IMG/VR virus record: IMGVR_UViG_3300046336_000021
Location: 1-44,806 of that record
Reading direction: 5' to 3' (one strand)
From: a virus
Lineage: Duplodnaviria; Caudoviricetes
DNA: 44,806 nt
Below are positions 35,571 to 44,806 of the stretch, one piece after another (positions within the stretch are counted from its first letter, which is position 1; each line of letters opens with the position of its first letter). A program made the translations under genes and the position numbers. Under the pieces are notes generated by a model, which had not been told where the DNA came from, ran no database searches, and was given only the letters and a program-made list of their open reading frames with translations.

Positions 35571-38500
35571 ATGTCTGGATTGAAAACATTTCCCCAAGCC
35601 CCATACCACGATGATTATTCGGCAGATAAAGACTATTTGCGGATTCTCTTTCGTCCGGGGTATGCCGTTCAGACTAGGGAAGTAAACCAGCTACAGACCA
35701 TTTTGCAAAGTCAAATTGGTCGTATGGGTGACCACTTTTTCGAGAATGGTGCAAGAATCATCCGTGGCGAGGCAAGCATCAATACAAAGTTTGATTTTGT
35801 AAAAGTTGGTGCTGGTTTGGCGCGGGTTGCTAGTGCCTATGTTGGGGCGACTGTTGCATCATCTTCTGGCATTACTGCATCTATCAAGTATGGCGTAGCC
35901 GCAAGTGGTTCGGATGTAGATACATTGTACATCCAATACACTTCTGGTTCTGGTACATCTGTAAACAAATTTGTAACAACAGAATCCGTCTTGGTTACTC
36001 ACCTTGATGGAACTATCGAAACTATTACACCAACTGGTATTGGTGCCGGTAGCATTGTTAGCCTAGACAGTGGCGTGTATTACTTATCAAACGAGTTTGT
36101 TCACATCCCTGCTAGCTATTACATTCTAAGTAAGTATGAGACTATTACTACTGGCGATTATTCTCTAGGTTTTGTACTAGACCATGCAATTGTTACCCCA
36201 GACGGAGATTCTACCCTATACGATAATGCTACAGGTACGACAAACTTTGCTGCACCCGGAGCACACCGCTATAAGATTAACATTACGTTTGGTGTGAAAC
36301 CCACAGGTAGTGATATTGCAAACTATGTAGAAATTGTCCGGGTTGTTGATGGGAGTATTGCGACAAAAGTTCGAGTAGATGACTATACGGTTTTCCAAGA
36401 CGTTTTGGCGCAGCGCACTTTCGATGAATCTGGTGATTACGTTTCCAACGAATTTTTGCTTGACGTTCGGGAGCATTTGAAAACTTCTACAAACCGTGGG
36501 CAGTATTCTGCTACTGATGGGGGTGATGAAAGTAAGTTGGTGTATGCTCTAGACCCCGGCAAGGCATACGTCCGTGGCTACCCAATCGAAACCTCATACA
36601 ACACATATTTGGTTACCGATAAGTCTCGCACGACCAAATCCCATAACAATGTTGTGCTAAGTTTCCCATATAATTCTTCTTTGCGGGTTGCGACCACTGC
36701 CGCGTTTGAGTTTGGAGTGAACTTGGTGTTGAATGGTTCTAGCGGCGTGGTTGGTACATCAACCGTGCGAGACATTCGTTTGGTTTCTAGCGGCGTGGTT
36801 GACTTAGACATTGTGAACATTGTAATGAACTCCGGCTTAGGTTTGGGTGATATTACATCGGTAACCCAAGGTTCATCAACTGGTACTGTAAGTACATATT
36901 CGTATGATGCTACCGAATCTTCGATGATTTTCAAAGTACCATTCGGGTATGTGTCCACTTTGTCGTCAGTAGCTTTGTCATACCGCCGCACATTTGATGT
37001 TACTAGTTCCGGTGCAACCGTAATCTTGACAGCACCAGACACCTTCAGCACAAACCCAGCAGATTATGTGTGCCAATACACTCATGCTACCGGTACGGTT
37101 GTAGTGGCCCCCATAGCCGTTTCTGCGGCCTTTTCTGGTTCGGCAAGCCTTACCCTACCACATGCCCCAACAAGCATTGTAAAGGTCACTGCTGGCCTTA
37201 CAAAGGCATCGGCAACATACCGTTCAAAGACTATCCAAACTCAAGTCGATAGCATTGCTGCCAGCGGTAATTTGATTCTTAGTAAGACTGATGGTATTGC
37301 TATTACCAGCATTATGATTGGGTCGATTGATGTAACATCTTCCTATACATTGGATAATGGACAGCGCGACACTGTTTATGACTATGCGCGATTGGTCGCT
37401 AAGAGTGGCGCACCAACATCCGGCACATTGGCTGTAACTTATACTTACTTCAATCATTCTAGTGGTGACTTCTTCGCAAAGAATAGCTACTCTGTAGATT
37501 ATTCCAGCATCCCATCTTACACGACAACTGCCGGTGAAAAAATCTTCTTGGGTTCTGTGATAGATTTTCGCCGGTCTGTTACTGCTGGCGGTGTAGATTA
37601 TGTCAGTGGGTTTGCATCTTCTTTTACTAAAAACTCCACTGCAATTTGCGATTACTCGGTTTACTTGTCGAGGTATGACCGGATTATTGTTGATAAATTT
37701 GGGTCATTCGTAGTAAAGGCTGGCGAACCATCCGAATCTCCGAAACCTCCAGCAGAAGTTTCTAATGCCATGACCCTTTATACGGTACTGGTGAACCCAT
37801 ATACATTCGACAATTCGGACGTAGTAGTTACCCAAGCGAGAAATCGTCGGTACACTATGAATGATATTGGGCGATTAGATAATCGCTTAGAAACCGTGGA
37901 GTATTACACTTCATTGAATCTATTGGAAAAGCAAGTCATTGATCAGACGTTCGTTAATAAATTCAATACTGGATTCTTGGTTGACAATTTTTCAACACAA
38001 AACATTGCCGATTCGACTTCGCCAGAATTGCAAATCGGATTTGATCTAACCAATAGAGAGATTCGCCCACAAACTCCAGCAAAGTTTGTCCCACTAGGAG
38101 TCCAGAGTGCTTCTGGTACTACTACTGTGCAGAATCTATCTATGCTGGGGTATTCCGAAGTACCATACATATCGCAGCCATTGGCTAGTGAAATTCAACG
38201 CATTCAGCCATACATCCGATACCAATGGGAGGGTAATCTCGTACTGACTCCTAGCGTAGATTCATGGGCCTCTACAAATTACTTACCAGACATTATTGTT
38301 GATGGTGGTGTGTTCAATGTTACTAGAACCGCAATCAGCCCCGATAGCGGACTAGGTTCTTGGGTAGATTTTTCTCGCGGCGATTTGATTATCAATACAT
38401 CCGTAGCATCAAACACAACGATAACACAAACTTCTGATGCGTTCGTTGGTACATCTCCAATTCCATTCATTCGTTCGAGAATTATTACATTGTCGGGCTC

Positions 38501-40334
38501 CAGCATGAAGCCTAACACACAACTAAACTTCTTTTTCGATGACGTTAATGTGAATTCGTTTGTGCGCCCTGTTGGTGGTTCTTTTGGCACCGCTATTGTA
38601 ACAAGTGGTTCTGGTAGTTTCGTTGCTGAGTTTTCAATTCCAGAAACCGATGCTTTGCGTTTCCGGGTTGGTCGTCGTTCTTTGTTTATTACCGATACGA
38701 CAACGACTACTATTGGTGCGACATTTGCGGAGGCCGTATATTCTGCAAATGGAATCTACAATAATTATCAAAAGACCCTGCTACAGACTCGATCAGTTAC
38801 TACAACAAGAACCGCAGTTGGTGCTATTCCGGTAGTAGTTGCGGATGAATGGACATTTCCTTCTAGTGGGTCTGGTAGTCGCAATAATGGCGCTGGTGAC
38901 GACCCATTGGCAGAATCGTTTTCGATTGATTCTTCTGTAGGAGCATTTATTACAGCTATCGACTTGTTTTTCGGAACTACTGCCACTGTAAACACTTCTC
39001 CGGTCACTGTTCATATTCGTACTGTCGATAATGGTTACCCAACATCTACCAGTATTGCGAAGGCAACTTTGCAGGCATCTAGTATCAACCAATCCGAAAA
39101 TGGTTCGGTTGCAACAAAGTTTGCTTTTAGTACACCCGTATTTCTAGAAGGAAATAAGGAATATGCATTCGTTGTTAAGACAGATTCAGAAGTTTTGACA
39201 CTGTGGACTGCTACTCTCGGTGCTAAGGCATATCAGCCTACTGATACGACAGACGCAACTGGACAGTATATCACTAAGCAGACCTACCTAGGTAGTATGT
39301 TCCGGTCGCAGAATGATAGAACTTGGACTGCCGAACAATCCTCAGATATTAAGTTTACACTATACCGCGCAGATTTCGTGTCGAGTGGCGTTGTGACCCT
39401 ATCGAATGTCGTACCATCATGGGACGTTGGTAGTCCATACAAAGAATCATTACACAACCCATTGTCGTTTGTAAGTGGTTCTACTACAGTAACGGTCAAG
39501 CATCATAATCATGGATTCGGTTCTTCCGATTCCGTGACATTGACTGGAATGACTTCTGGCACAATCGCCGGGATTCCGTTTGGTGAAGTGTTTGGTGTTG
39601 CTAAGTTGGTAACTCGCATCGACACCGACTCATACACCATTCAGACCACAACTGCTGCTACTTCTACTATCACAACTGGTGGCGATATTACTGCAACGGC
39701 ATCCGTAATGTTTGGTGAGGCAATGCTAAGTGCCAATGATGTTATTCCTGCCGGAACCGCATTGCGCTATGGTATTTCCACAAAGGTAAAAGGTGGTACA
39801 CAACAGGCATCTGTAAACGCCCTCAATAAGTCTGTGACAAAGTTTAACTCCGTGCGCCACACAAATGCTTCTGGTGATGGTTTGCTAAATGTCTCCGCAA
39901 CCCTATCTACGTCAAATTCATATGTGTCTCCAGTGATTGACTTGTATGGTACTGGTGTGGTTTGTATTGCTAATCGCGTAAACGGCACTTCGGTTCCATC
40001 CGTGGCGACCTATGTGCAAAAGCCTATTACCTTGAAGAATGCTGCAAGTGAGTTCATTACCTATATGGATGTGAACCGACCCGCCGGAGCAATCGTTGAT
40101 GTGTATTACCGAGTATCTCAGGATAACGTGGCAACTTCACCTTGGGTTATAGCCGCTGCATCTGGTTCTCAAGGGTATGCCTCTAGCGATAGCGAATTCA
40201 TCGAGTATAAATTCGTACCATCTGCACCAACAGGAGACTTTTTCGTTATTCAAATCAAGATTGAAATGAAATCCGACAATATGGCAACTGTCCCTCGGTG
40301 TAAAGCCCTACGAACTATTACTCTAAAATCATGA
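35571..40334 (+). CDS. Large baseplate/virion protein (VrlC/DUF4815-like)
   Basis: PY.DDY..LFRPG.AVQ.RE..QLQ, APGAHRY, RTFDESGDY, RYTM.DIG.L..R...EYYTSL, GF.VDNF, DPLA.SF. Confidence 0.85.
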   Translation: MSGLKTFPQAPYHDDYSADKDYLRILFRPGYAVQTREVNQLQTILQSQIGRMGDHFFENGARIIRGEASINTKFDFVKVGAGLARVASAYVGATVASSSGITASIKYGVAASGSDVDTLYIQYTSGSGTSVNKFVTTESVLVTHLDGTIETITPTGIGAGSIVSLDSGVYYLSNEFVHIPASYYILSKYETITTGDYSLGFVLDHAIVTPDGDSTLYDNATGTTNFAAPGAHRYKINITFGVKPTGSDIANYVEIVRVVDGSIATKVRVDDYTVFQDVLAQRTFDESGDYVSNEFLLDVREHLKTSTNRGQYSATDGGDESKLVYALDPGKAYVRGYPIETSYNTYLVTDKSRTTKSHNNVVLSFPYNSSLRVATTAAFEFGVNLVLNGSSGVVGTSTVRDIRLVSSGVVDLDIVNIVMNSGLGLGDITSVTQGSSTGTVSTYSYDATESSMIFKVPFGYVSTLSSVALSYRRTFDVTSSGATVILTAPDTFSTNPADYVCQYTHATGTVVVAPIAVSAAFSGSASLTLPHAPTSIVKVTAGLTKASATYRSKTIQTQVDSIAASGNLILSKTDGIAITSIMIGSIDVTSSYTLDNGQRDTVYDYARLVAKSGAPTSGTLAVTYTYFNHSSGDFFAKNSYSVDYSSIPSYTTTAGEKIFLGSVIDFRRSVTAGGVDYVSGFASSFTKNSTAICDYSVYLSRYDRIIVDKFGSFVVKAGEPSESPKPPAEVSNAMTLYTVLVNPYTFDNSDVVVTQARNRRYTMNDIGRLDNRLETVEYYTSLNLLEKQVIDQTFVNKFNTGFLVDNFSTQNIADSTSPELQIGFDLTNREIRPQTPAKFVPLGVQSASGTTTVQNLSMLGYSEVPYISQPLASEIQRIQPYIRYQWEGNLVLTPSVDSWASTNYLPDIIVDGGVFNVTRTAISPDSGLGSWVDFSRGDLIINTSVASNTTITQTSDAFVGTSPIPFIRSRIITLSGSSMKPNTQLNFFFDDVNVNSFVRPVGGSFGTAIVTSGSGSFVAEFSIPETDALRFRVGRRSLFITDTTTTTIGATFAEAVYSANGIYNNYQKTLLQTRSVTTTRTAVGAIPVVVADEWTFPSSGSGSRNNGAGDDPLAESFSIDSSVGAFITAIDLFFGTTATVNTSPVTVHIRTVDNGYPTSTSIAKATLQASSINQSENGSVATKFAFSTPVFLEGNKEYAFVVKTDSEVLTLWTATLGAKAYQPTDTTDATGQYITKQTYLGSMFRSQNDRTWTAEQSSDIKFTLYRADFVSSGVVTLSNVVPSWDVGSPYKESLHNPLSFVSGSTTVTVKHHNHGFGSSDSVTLTGMTSGTIAGIPFGEVFGVAKLVTRIDTDSYTIQTTTAATSTITTGGDITATASVMFGEAMLSANDVIPAGTALRYGISTKVKGGTQQASVNALNKSVTKFNSVRHTNASGDGLLNVSATLSTSNSYVSPVIDLYGTGVVCIANRVNGTSVPSVATYVQKPITLKNAASEFITYMDVNRPAGAIVDVYYRVSQDNVATSPWVIAAASGSQGYASSDSEFIEYKFVPSAPTGDFFVIQIKIEMKSDNMATVPRCKALRTITLKS

Positions 40335-40525
40335 TAAAGGTAAAAGACAATCTATCGTTTTCTAGAACAGAAGGCGGTAGTATTGTAAATAATGATGTAA
40401 GTTCTTACGAATCGTTTGTGGCTCAAAGAAACGAAACGAAAAGATTATCAGAAAAGGTGGCATCTTTGGAAAGTAAACTAGATGCCATTTTAGAACTACT
40501 AGGAAAACAAAATGGCACAAATTGA
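40331..40525 (+). CDS. Small conserved hypothetical protein
   Basis: ATGA-coupled to the preceding gene; IKV....R...G.IVN.D...Y followed by a short coiled coil. Confidence 0.65.
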   Translation: MIKVKDNLSFSRTEGGSIVNNDVSSYESFVAQRNETKRLSEKVASLESKLDAILELLGKQNGTN

Positions 40526-40763
40526 TAATACGGTACTGACCGACACGTTCTCTAAATTCGTAGCTGACCATAATGCAGTAAAGAATCGACTAGGGCTTGG
40601 AGTAAATAATGGTGAAACTACATCATTGGGAACCCTTGCTCTTTTTAACAGAACCTTAAATACATCTGTAACAATTGATGCTAATACTGGTGCGATTGGT
40701 GCAGATACAGTTGTACCATTGGGTGTCACTCTAACCGTTGATGGTACGTTAGTTATTCTTTAA
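40512..40763 (+). CDS. Hypothetical virion protein
   Basis: AGGA SD; C-terminal TV..GVTLTVDGTLVIL. Confidence 0.55.
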   Translation: MAQIDNTVLTDTFSKFVADHNAVKNRLGLGVNNGETTSLGTLALFNRTLNTSVTIDANTGAIGADTVVPLGVTLTVDGTLVIL

Positions 40764-40774
40764 GGACATAGAAA

Positions 40775-41164
40775 ATGGCACAAATTTACCCAAAAGCAAA
40801 GTCTGAATTTTTGAAAGCAGCGTTGAATCTCACTTCTGCTACCGTCAGCGCGGTTTTGCTAAAGAACACTTACACATACTCCGCCGCACATACAAGTGTG
40901 TCTGGTAGCATTGGAGCGACATTTCAAGCAAGTACGCCGGTGACTCTATCTGGAGTTTCTGTTACTGCCGATGGAGTATTCGACGCAGCCGACCCAACAT
41001 TCTTGGCGGTTGCTTCTGGTTCTACCGTAAATGCCATGCTAATCTATTCTGGTGATATTCCAATCGCCTACTTAGATTCTGGTGTCGGTGTACCATTTGC
41101 AACCTCTGGTGCAGACGTTACTATCACATTCTCAAACGGCGCAGACAAGATTTTCCGCCTATAA
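40775..41164 (+). CDS. Putative small structural protein
   Basis: AAGGA SD; beta-rich, FDAADPTF..G.DVTITF.NG..KIF.L; followed by a terminator. Confidence 0.6.
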   Translation: MAQIYPKAKSEFLKAALNLTSATVSAVLLKNTYTYSAAHTSVSGSIGATFQASTPVTLSGVSVTADGVFDAADPTFLAVASGSTVNAMLIYSGDIPIAYLDSGVGVPFATSGADVTITFSNGADKIFRL

Positions 41165-41193
41165 CCATTCCATTATCCTTTGTGGAATTTTAT

Positions 41194-41213
41194 GGGGCTT
41201 CGGCCCCTTTTTT
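41194..41213 (+). terminator. Intrinsic terminator with UUCG loop
   Basis: GGGGC-TTCG-GCCCC-TTTTTT. Confidence 0.9.
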
Positions 41214-41248
41214 GTTGGCTTAAATAATCACAACAAAAGGATTACTAC

Positions 41249-42133
41249 GTGACCGTCAATTCATATTTTACCGACCATGACGTATCGCCCATCGAAGATC
41301 AGGCGCTAGTCGAAGATTTGATTATAGAATCAATCCAGATCAAAGGTCGTGACCACAAGTACCTACCAAGGACTTTGACAAACTTTGATAGCTTTCTTGG
41401 GGAGGATTCTATCAGTGCATTCAATGGGGTTGCAACTATTGAGATGTACTTGGAAAACGTGAATGCTTGGCAGGACGATGGTTCATTTATGTCCAAGTTT
41501 GGCCTAGAGATTCGGGACAGTGCATCACTTGTGTGCTCCATCAAACGGTTTGCCGAAGAAGTCACCACAATGTACCCCTCAGTCATTCGACCTATGGAAG
41601 GTGACATTATTGCATTCCCATCACCAATTGATGCAAGGATGCGCTTGTTTGAAATTAGCTATGTAAACCCAGAGCACGTCTTCTACCAAATTGGCAAGAA
41701 CCATACATACCAGATCAAAGTCAAGAACTTCGAGTTCAATGGCGAATCGTTTACTACTGGTGATACCACAATTGATGCATACGACACTAATAACGCCATT
41801 GTGACCGATATAACGGTTAATGCTGGGGTAGGTGCCTATGTCATTGGAGAACAGGTTGGGCAGCTTTCTGGATGGTCTGGTGAGGTCGTATCGTTTGTAG
41901 GTAATGAATTGTCTGTGATGAAAGTTCGCGGAGAGTTTAACCATACAGACCCAATTATGGGGAATACATCAGGAACTGTCCGAACCGTGTCGATTGACCC
42001 CGGCCCCCATGTAGATGGACTTGATGTTAGTCCTGTAAATAATGATGCCATGCTAAATGACCAAGCAAATATTAACCACAGGGTTTTGGATGGTCTAATC
42101 AATTTCTCTGAGAATAACCCATTCTCGGAATAG
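41249..42133 (+). CDS. 14: Neck protein (gp14)
   Basis: DL..ESIQI.G....YLPR, IEMY, SKFGLEIRD, RP.EGD.I, FYQ.GK, FSE.NPF. Confidence 0.92.
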   Translation: MTVNSYFTDHDVSPIEDQALVEDLIIESIQIKGRDHKYLPRTLTNFDSFLGEDSISAFNGVATIEMYLENVNAWQDDGSFMSKFGLEIRDSASLVCSIKRFAEEVTTMYPSVIRPMEGDIIAFPSPIDARMRLFEISYVNPEHVFYQIGKNHTYQIKVKNFEFNGESFTTGDTTIDAYDTNNAIVTDITVNAGVGAYVIGEQVGQLSGWSGEVVSFVGNELSVMKVRGEFNHTDPIMGNTSGTVRTVSIDPGPHVDGLDVSPVNNDAMLNDQANINHRVLDGLINFSENNPFSE

Positions 42134-42141
42134 GATAACTA

Positions 42142-42978
42142 ATGCCAACGATAGCAATTGACAGCATAATTAACACATCTATCGTTAGCTCGGTTAGCAC
42201 TCGCACGACTTCTTATATTGGTTCGGCAACTAATGCATCTGTAGTAAGTCCTTTTGGTGCGACCATAGTTGCAAGATTTGGTTCAGCAACTAATACATCT
42301 TTGTTGAATGCTGTTACTGTATCTAGGCACGAAACCTATTCATTAGATTCTATTACTAATACAAGTAGCCTAGGAGATATTCGTAGGCTTGGTGTAATCG
42401 GATTTGATAGCATTAGGAATGCTAGTTCATTTGGTCAGTTCTTGGCATCACATAACAATGCAATCGACTTTGTATCAATCATCAATTCATCTTCGGTAGG
42501 TAGCATTCAAGCATATTTGCCGAAGGTTGTTGTAGACACATTTAATCCAATTGTTAGGCCGGTAAAGACCATTTCTACACAAACGACCGGTCTAAGAAAA
42601 TTTAAGTTTCGTGATATTGCTATAAAAGGTGGTTCTCACCCACTTACAGGAGATTTGTTAACCGTAAGTGATTCTTCCGCAGTAGGCCAGTCTATCCGCA
42701 ACATTATATTGACAAACCAGACTGAAAGATTTTTCGATCATATTGAATTTGGTGTTGGAATCGAATCTTATCTATTCGACTTGTATGATGATGATTTGGG
42801 TAGTAGATTGCATGACCATATTCTGTCACAAGTTGCCTACTATGAACCAAGAGCAATCATTATTGATGTTGTAATGCACCCAATATCACACCTTAATGAG
42901 TTAGGGATTGATATTACATACAAAATAAAGACAACCGACTATATTGATGTTGTCTCAATCACACTGGAGCGCCGATAA
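42142..42978 (+). CDS. 25: Baseplate gp25-like protein with N-terminal repeat extension
   Basis: C-terminal HP.TGD..AV.QSI.NIILT...ER.F..FG..YEPR; N-terminal S-x-x-N-x-S repeats. Confidence 0.8.
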   Translation: MPTIAIDSIINTSIVSSVSTRTTSYIGSATNASVVSPFGATIVARFGSATNTSLLNAVTVSRHETYSLDSITNTSSLGDIRRLGVIGFDSIRNASSFGQFLASHNNAIDFVSIINSSSVGSIQAYLPKVVVDTFNPIVRPVKTISTQTTGLRKFKFRDIAIKGGSHPLTGDLLTVSDSSAVGQSIRNIILTNQTERFFDHIEFGVGIESYLFDLYDDDLGSRLHDHILSQVAYYEPRAIIIDVVMHPISHLNELGIDITYKIKTTDYIDVVSITLERR

Positions 42979-44723
42979 TGGATACTTTGTCAATTGCATC
43001 ACCAGACTATACAAGTCTTACCGCTGACCTTAAAGGGTGGCTGAAATCTAGGCCAGAACTTACCGACTATGATTTTGATGGGTCTGTTCTATCGACATTG
43101 GTAGGATTGCTTGGTTACAACACAACCATGAATGCATTTTACTTGAATCAGGTCGCTAATGAAGCATATCTAGAAACTTCTAGCAAGCGACAATCTGCGG
43201 TAATGAATGCGCAAGATTTAGGCTACGAAGTGACTAGCAAGCGGGCTGCTGTTGCAACCGTGCGAGTAACATTGACAGAAAGTGTGCCAACTTCAACCAC
43301 GTTTATTACCATGCCAGCGGATTCTGCTGTCTTTAGTTCTAACGTGAACAATAAGTCTTTTACATTCCGTTCATTGTCTGATGTGTACTTCACAAAGAAT
43401 ACTGCTGGAAAGTTTGTTGCAGAATTCCCAATCTATGAAGGAAAGCAATTTACAAATAGTGTCCCGGTCACCGCAACCATCCGTGATGCTGGATTTGTCA
43501 TTGAAAATTCTTCTGTAGACACATCCACTATTCGTGTTGTAGTTGGTTCTTCTACTTATGACAAAGCAACCAACATTATAAGCGGCGTTGATGGGACTAG
43601 TAAAGTTTTCTTTTTGTCCGACAAGTTTGGTAGCCCCCGCATCTATTTTGGTGATGGAATCATCGGGGTTCGTCCTACCCTTGCCTCGACACTAACCATC
43701 AAGTACCTAAAGACCTCTGGTGACCTTGCAAACGGCATTGGGTCGTTTTCTTTTAGTGGTAGCTATGCTGGTATGTCTGCGACCACACAAACCGTTTCTG
43801 CGGCCTCTGGTGGGGCTAATGAGGAAACAATCGAGAGTATCAAGTTCAATGCCCCTAAGTGGTTTGAAAGTCAAGGTCGATGTGTCACTGAAGAAGACTA
43901 TCGCGTCACTATTATCAAGTTATTCCCGAGTGTTTCTGACGTGATTGTTTGGGGTGGAGAAAACAACGACCCACCAGTTTACGGTAGGGTATTCATTGCA
44001 ATCAAGCCACACAACGGCTACTACTTAACAACTGCCGATAAGTTAAAAATTGAAACAGAATTGTCTAAGTACAATGTGGTGACCGTGTTGCCAAAAGTAG
44101 TTGACCCAGAATATTTGTTTGCAGATATTGTTGGTTCGGTTGAGTATAAGCAATCTTCTACACTACTAGACCAAGCAGGTATTGCTGGGTTGGTTAAATC
44201 TGCTATTACAAATTATGCTACAACGGAACTTGGGAAATTTGATGCAGACATTCGCTATTCTAGAATTGCGAACGTAATGCTTGGTGCGGATTCATCTATT
44301 AACACAGTGAATGCCTCGATGATTCTTTCTAAGTTTATCTTCCCTATTGTAGGTAACTACTCTGATATTTCAGTAGAATTCAAGAATGCTGTAAAAGTCA
44401 GTACCCTGAAGTCTTCTAAGTTCACATTCAATTCTTTTACAGAATGCTACTTCACCGACGATGGCCTCGGGAATGTACAAATTTCCGAATACTCTAGTGG
44501 CTCTAAGAACATCATCAACCAGTATGCGGGGACAGTTGACTATGCCACTGGTAAAGTAAATATCACCAGAACGTATTTGGTCGCGGTTGATACTAGCCTA
44601 AAAGAATCGAATGGGATTGTCTATATGAAATTTGAGGCATCACCCGAAAGCCTAGATATTAACGTAGCACAGAAAAATATTGTTGTGATTGATAAGATTA
44701 CAATAACCGCCAATAAGGTCTGA
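42978..44723 (+). CDS. 6: Baseplate wedge protein (gp6)
   Basis: DYDF.GS.LS.L..LL.YNT..NA, FGDGI.G, SIK.NAP...Q.R.VT..DY, WGGE.N.PP.YG.V.I.IKP. Confidence 0.93.
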   Translation: MDTLSIASPDYTSLTADLKGWLKSRPELTDYDFDGSVLSTLVGLLGYNTTMNAFYLNQVANEAYLETSSKRQSAVMNAQDLGYEVTSKRAAVATVRVTLTESVPTSTTFITMPADSAVFSSNVNNKSFTFRSLSDVYFTKNTAGKFVAEFPIYEGKQFTNSVPVTATIRDAGFVIENSSVDTSTIRVVVGSSTYDKATNIISGVDGTSKVFFLSDKFGSPRIYFGDGIIGVRPTLASTLTIKYLKTSGDLANGIGSFSFSGSYAGMSATTQTVSAASGGANEETIESIKFNAPKWFESQGRCVTEEDYRVTIIKLFPSVSDVIVWGGENNDPPVYGRVFIAIKPHNGYYLTTADKLKIETELSKYNVVTVLPKVVDPEYLFADIVGSVEYKQSSTLLDQAGIAGLVKSAITNYATTELGKFDADIRYSRIANVMLGADSSINTVNASMILSKFIFPIVGNYSDISVEFKNAVKVSTLKSSKFTFNSFTECYFTDDGLGNVQISEYSSGSKNIINQYAGTVDYATGKVNITRTYLVAVDTSLKESNGIVYMKFEASPESLDINVAQKNIVVIDKITITANKV

Positions 44724-44725
44724 CC

Positions 44726-44806
44726 GTGGTAACTAAAGTAAAAGTTTCGGCAGTAGTAGATAAGCAGTTACCGGGTCACTTCATTGAATCCGAAACGGAA
44801 CTCGTC
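44726..44806 (+). CDS. Start of baseplate wedge initiator (gp7-like), truncated by the window end
   Basis: GTG 2 nt after the gp6 stop; MVTKVKVSAVVDKQLPGHF resembles the S..V..QLP.F start of gp7-like proteins; synteny. Confidence 0.5.
   Translation, partial: MVTKVKVSAVVDKQLPGHFIESETELV

Noticed and set aside
14929-44723. Numerous antisense and off-frame ORFs inside structural genes
   Set aside because: Expected shadows of biased codon usage, with no SD, promoter or recognisable motif
1-44806. Alternative genetic code (stop-codon reassignment)
   Set aside because: Core genes are full length in the standard code and TAA, TAG and TGA all terminate genes at sensible positions

Overview
A 44.8 kb segment of a T4-like (myovirus) bacteriophage genome in the standard genetic code. 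The spanin pair points to a Gram-negative host. The window holds a rearranged late/morphogenesis region: gp16, gp3, gp18, gp19, gp20, gp68-like, gp21, gp22, gp23, a large VrlC/DUF4815-like baseplate protein, gp14, gp25, gp6 and the start of a gp7-like gene. It also carries uvsY, uvsW, a RuvC-like resolvase, a Mom-like DNA-modification gene, three free-standing endonucleases and dispersed lysis genes. Two things stand out. (1) A ~1.9 kb non-coding locus (7107-8982) combines two ORF-less sigma70 promoters, six iteron-like 16-mers, about eleven hairpins with varying stems but a conserved GA-NN-GAA-N'N'-GA cap, and a ~450 nt strongly structured segment behind a leftward late promoter. It is a candidate RNA-primed replication origin or ncRNA system. 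(2) A set of late genes encodes proteins with T4-style capsid-targeting and prohead-protease motifs and post-translational-modification domains (kinase-like, ADP-ribosyltransferase, GNAT-like), with an ADP-ribosylglycohydrolase directly beside the transferase. All calls come from reading motifs and synteny by eye; no searches or folding programs were run.
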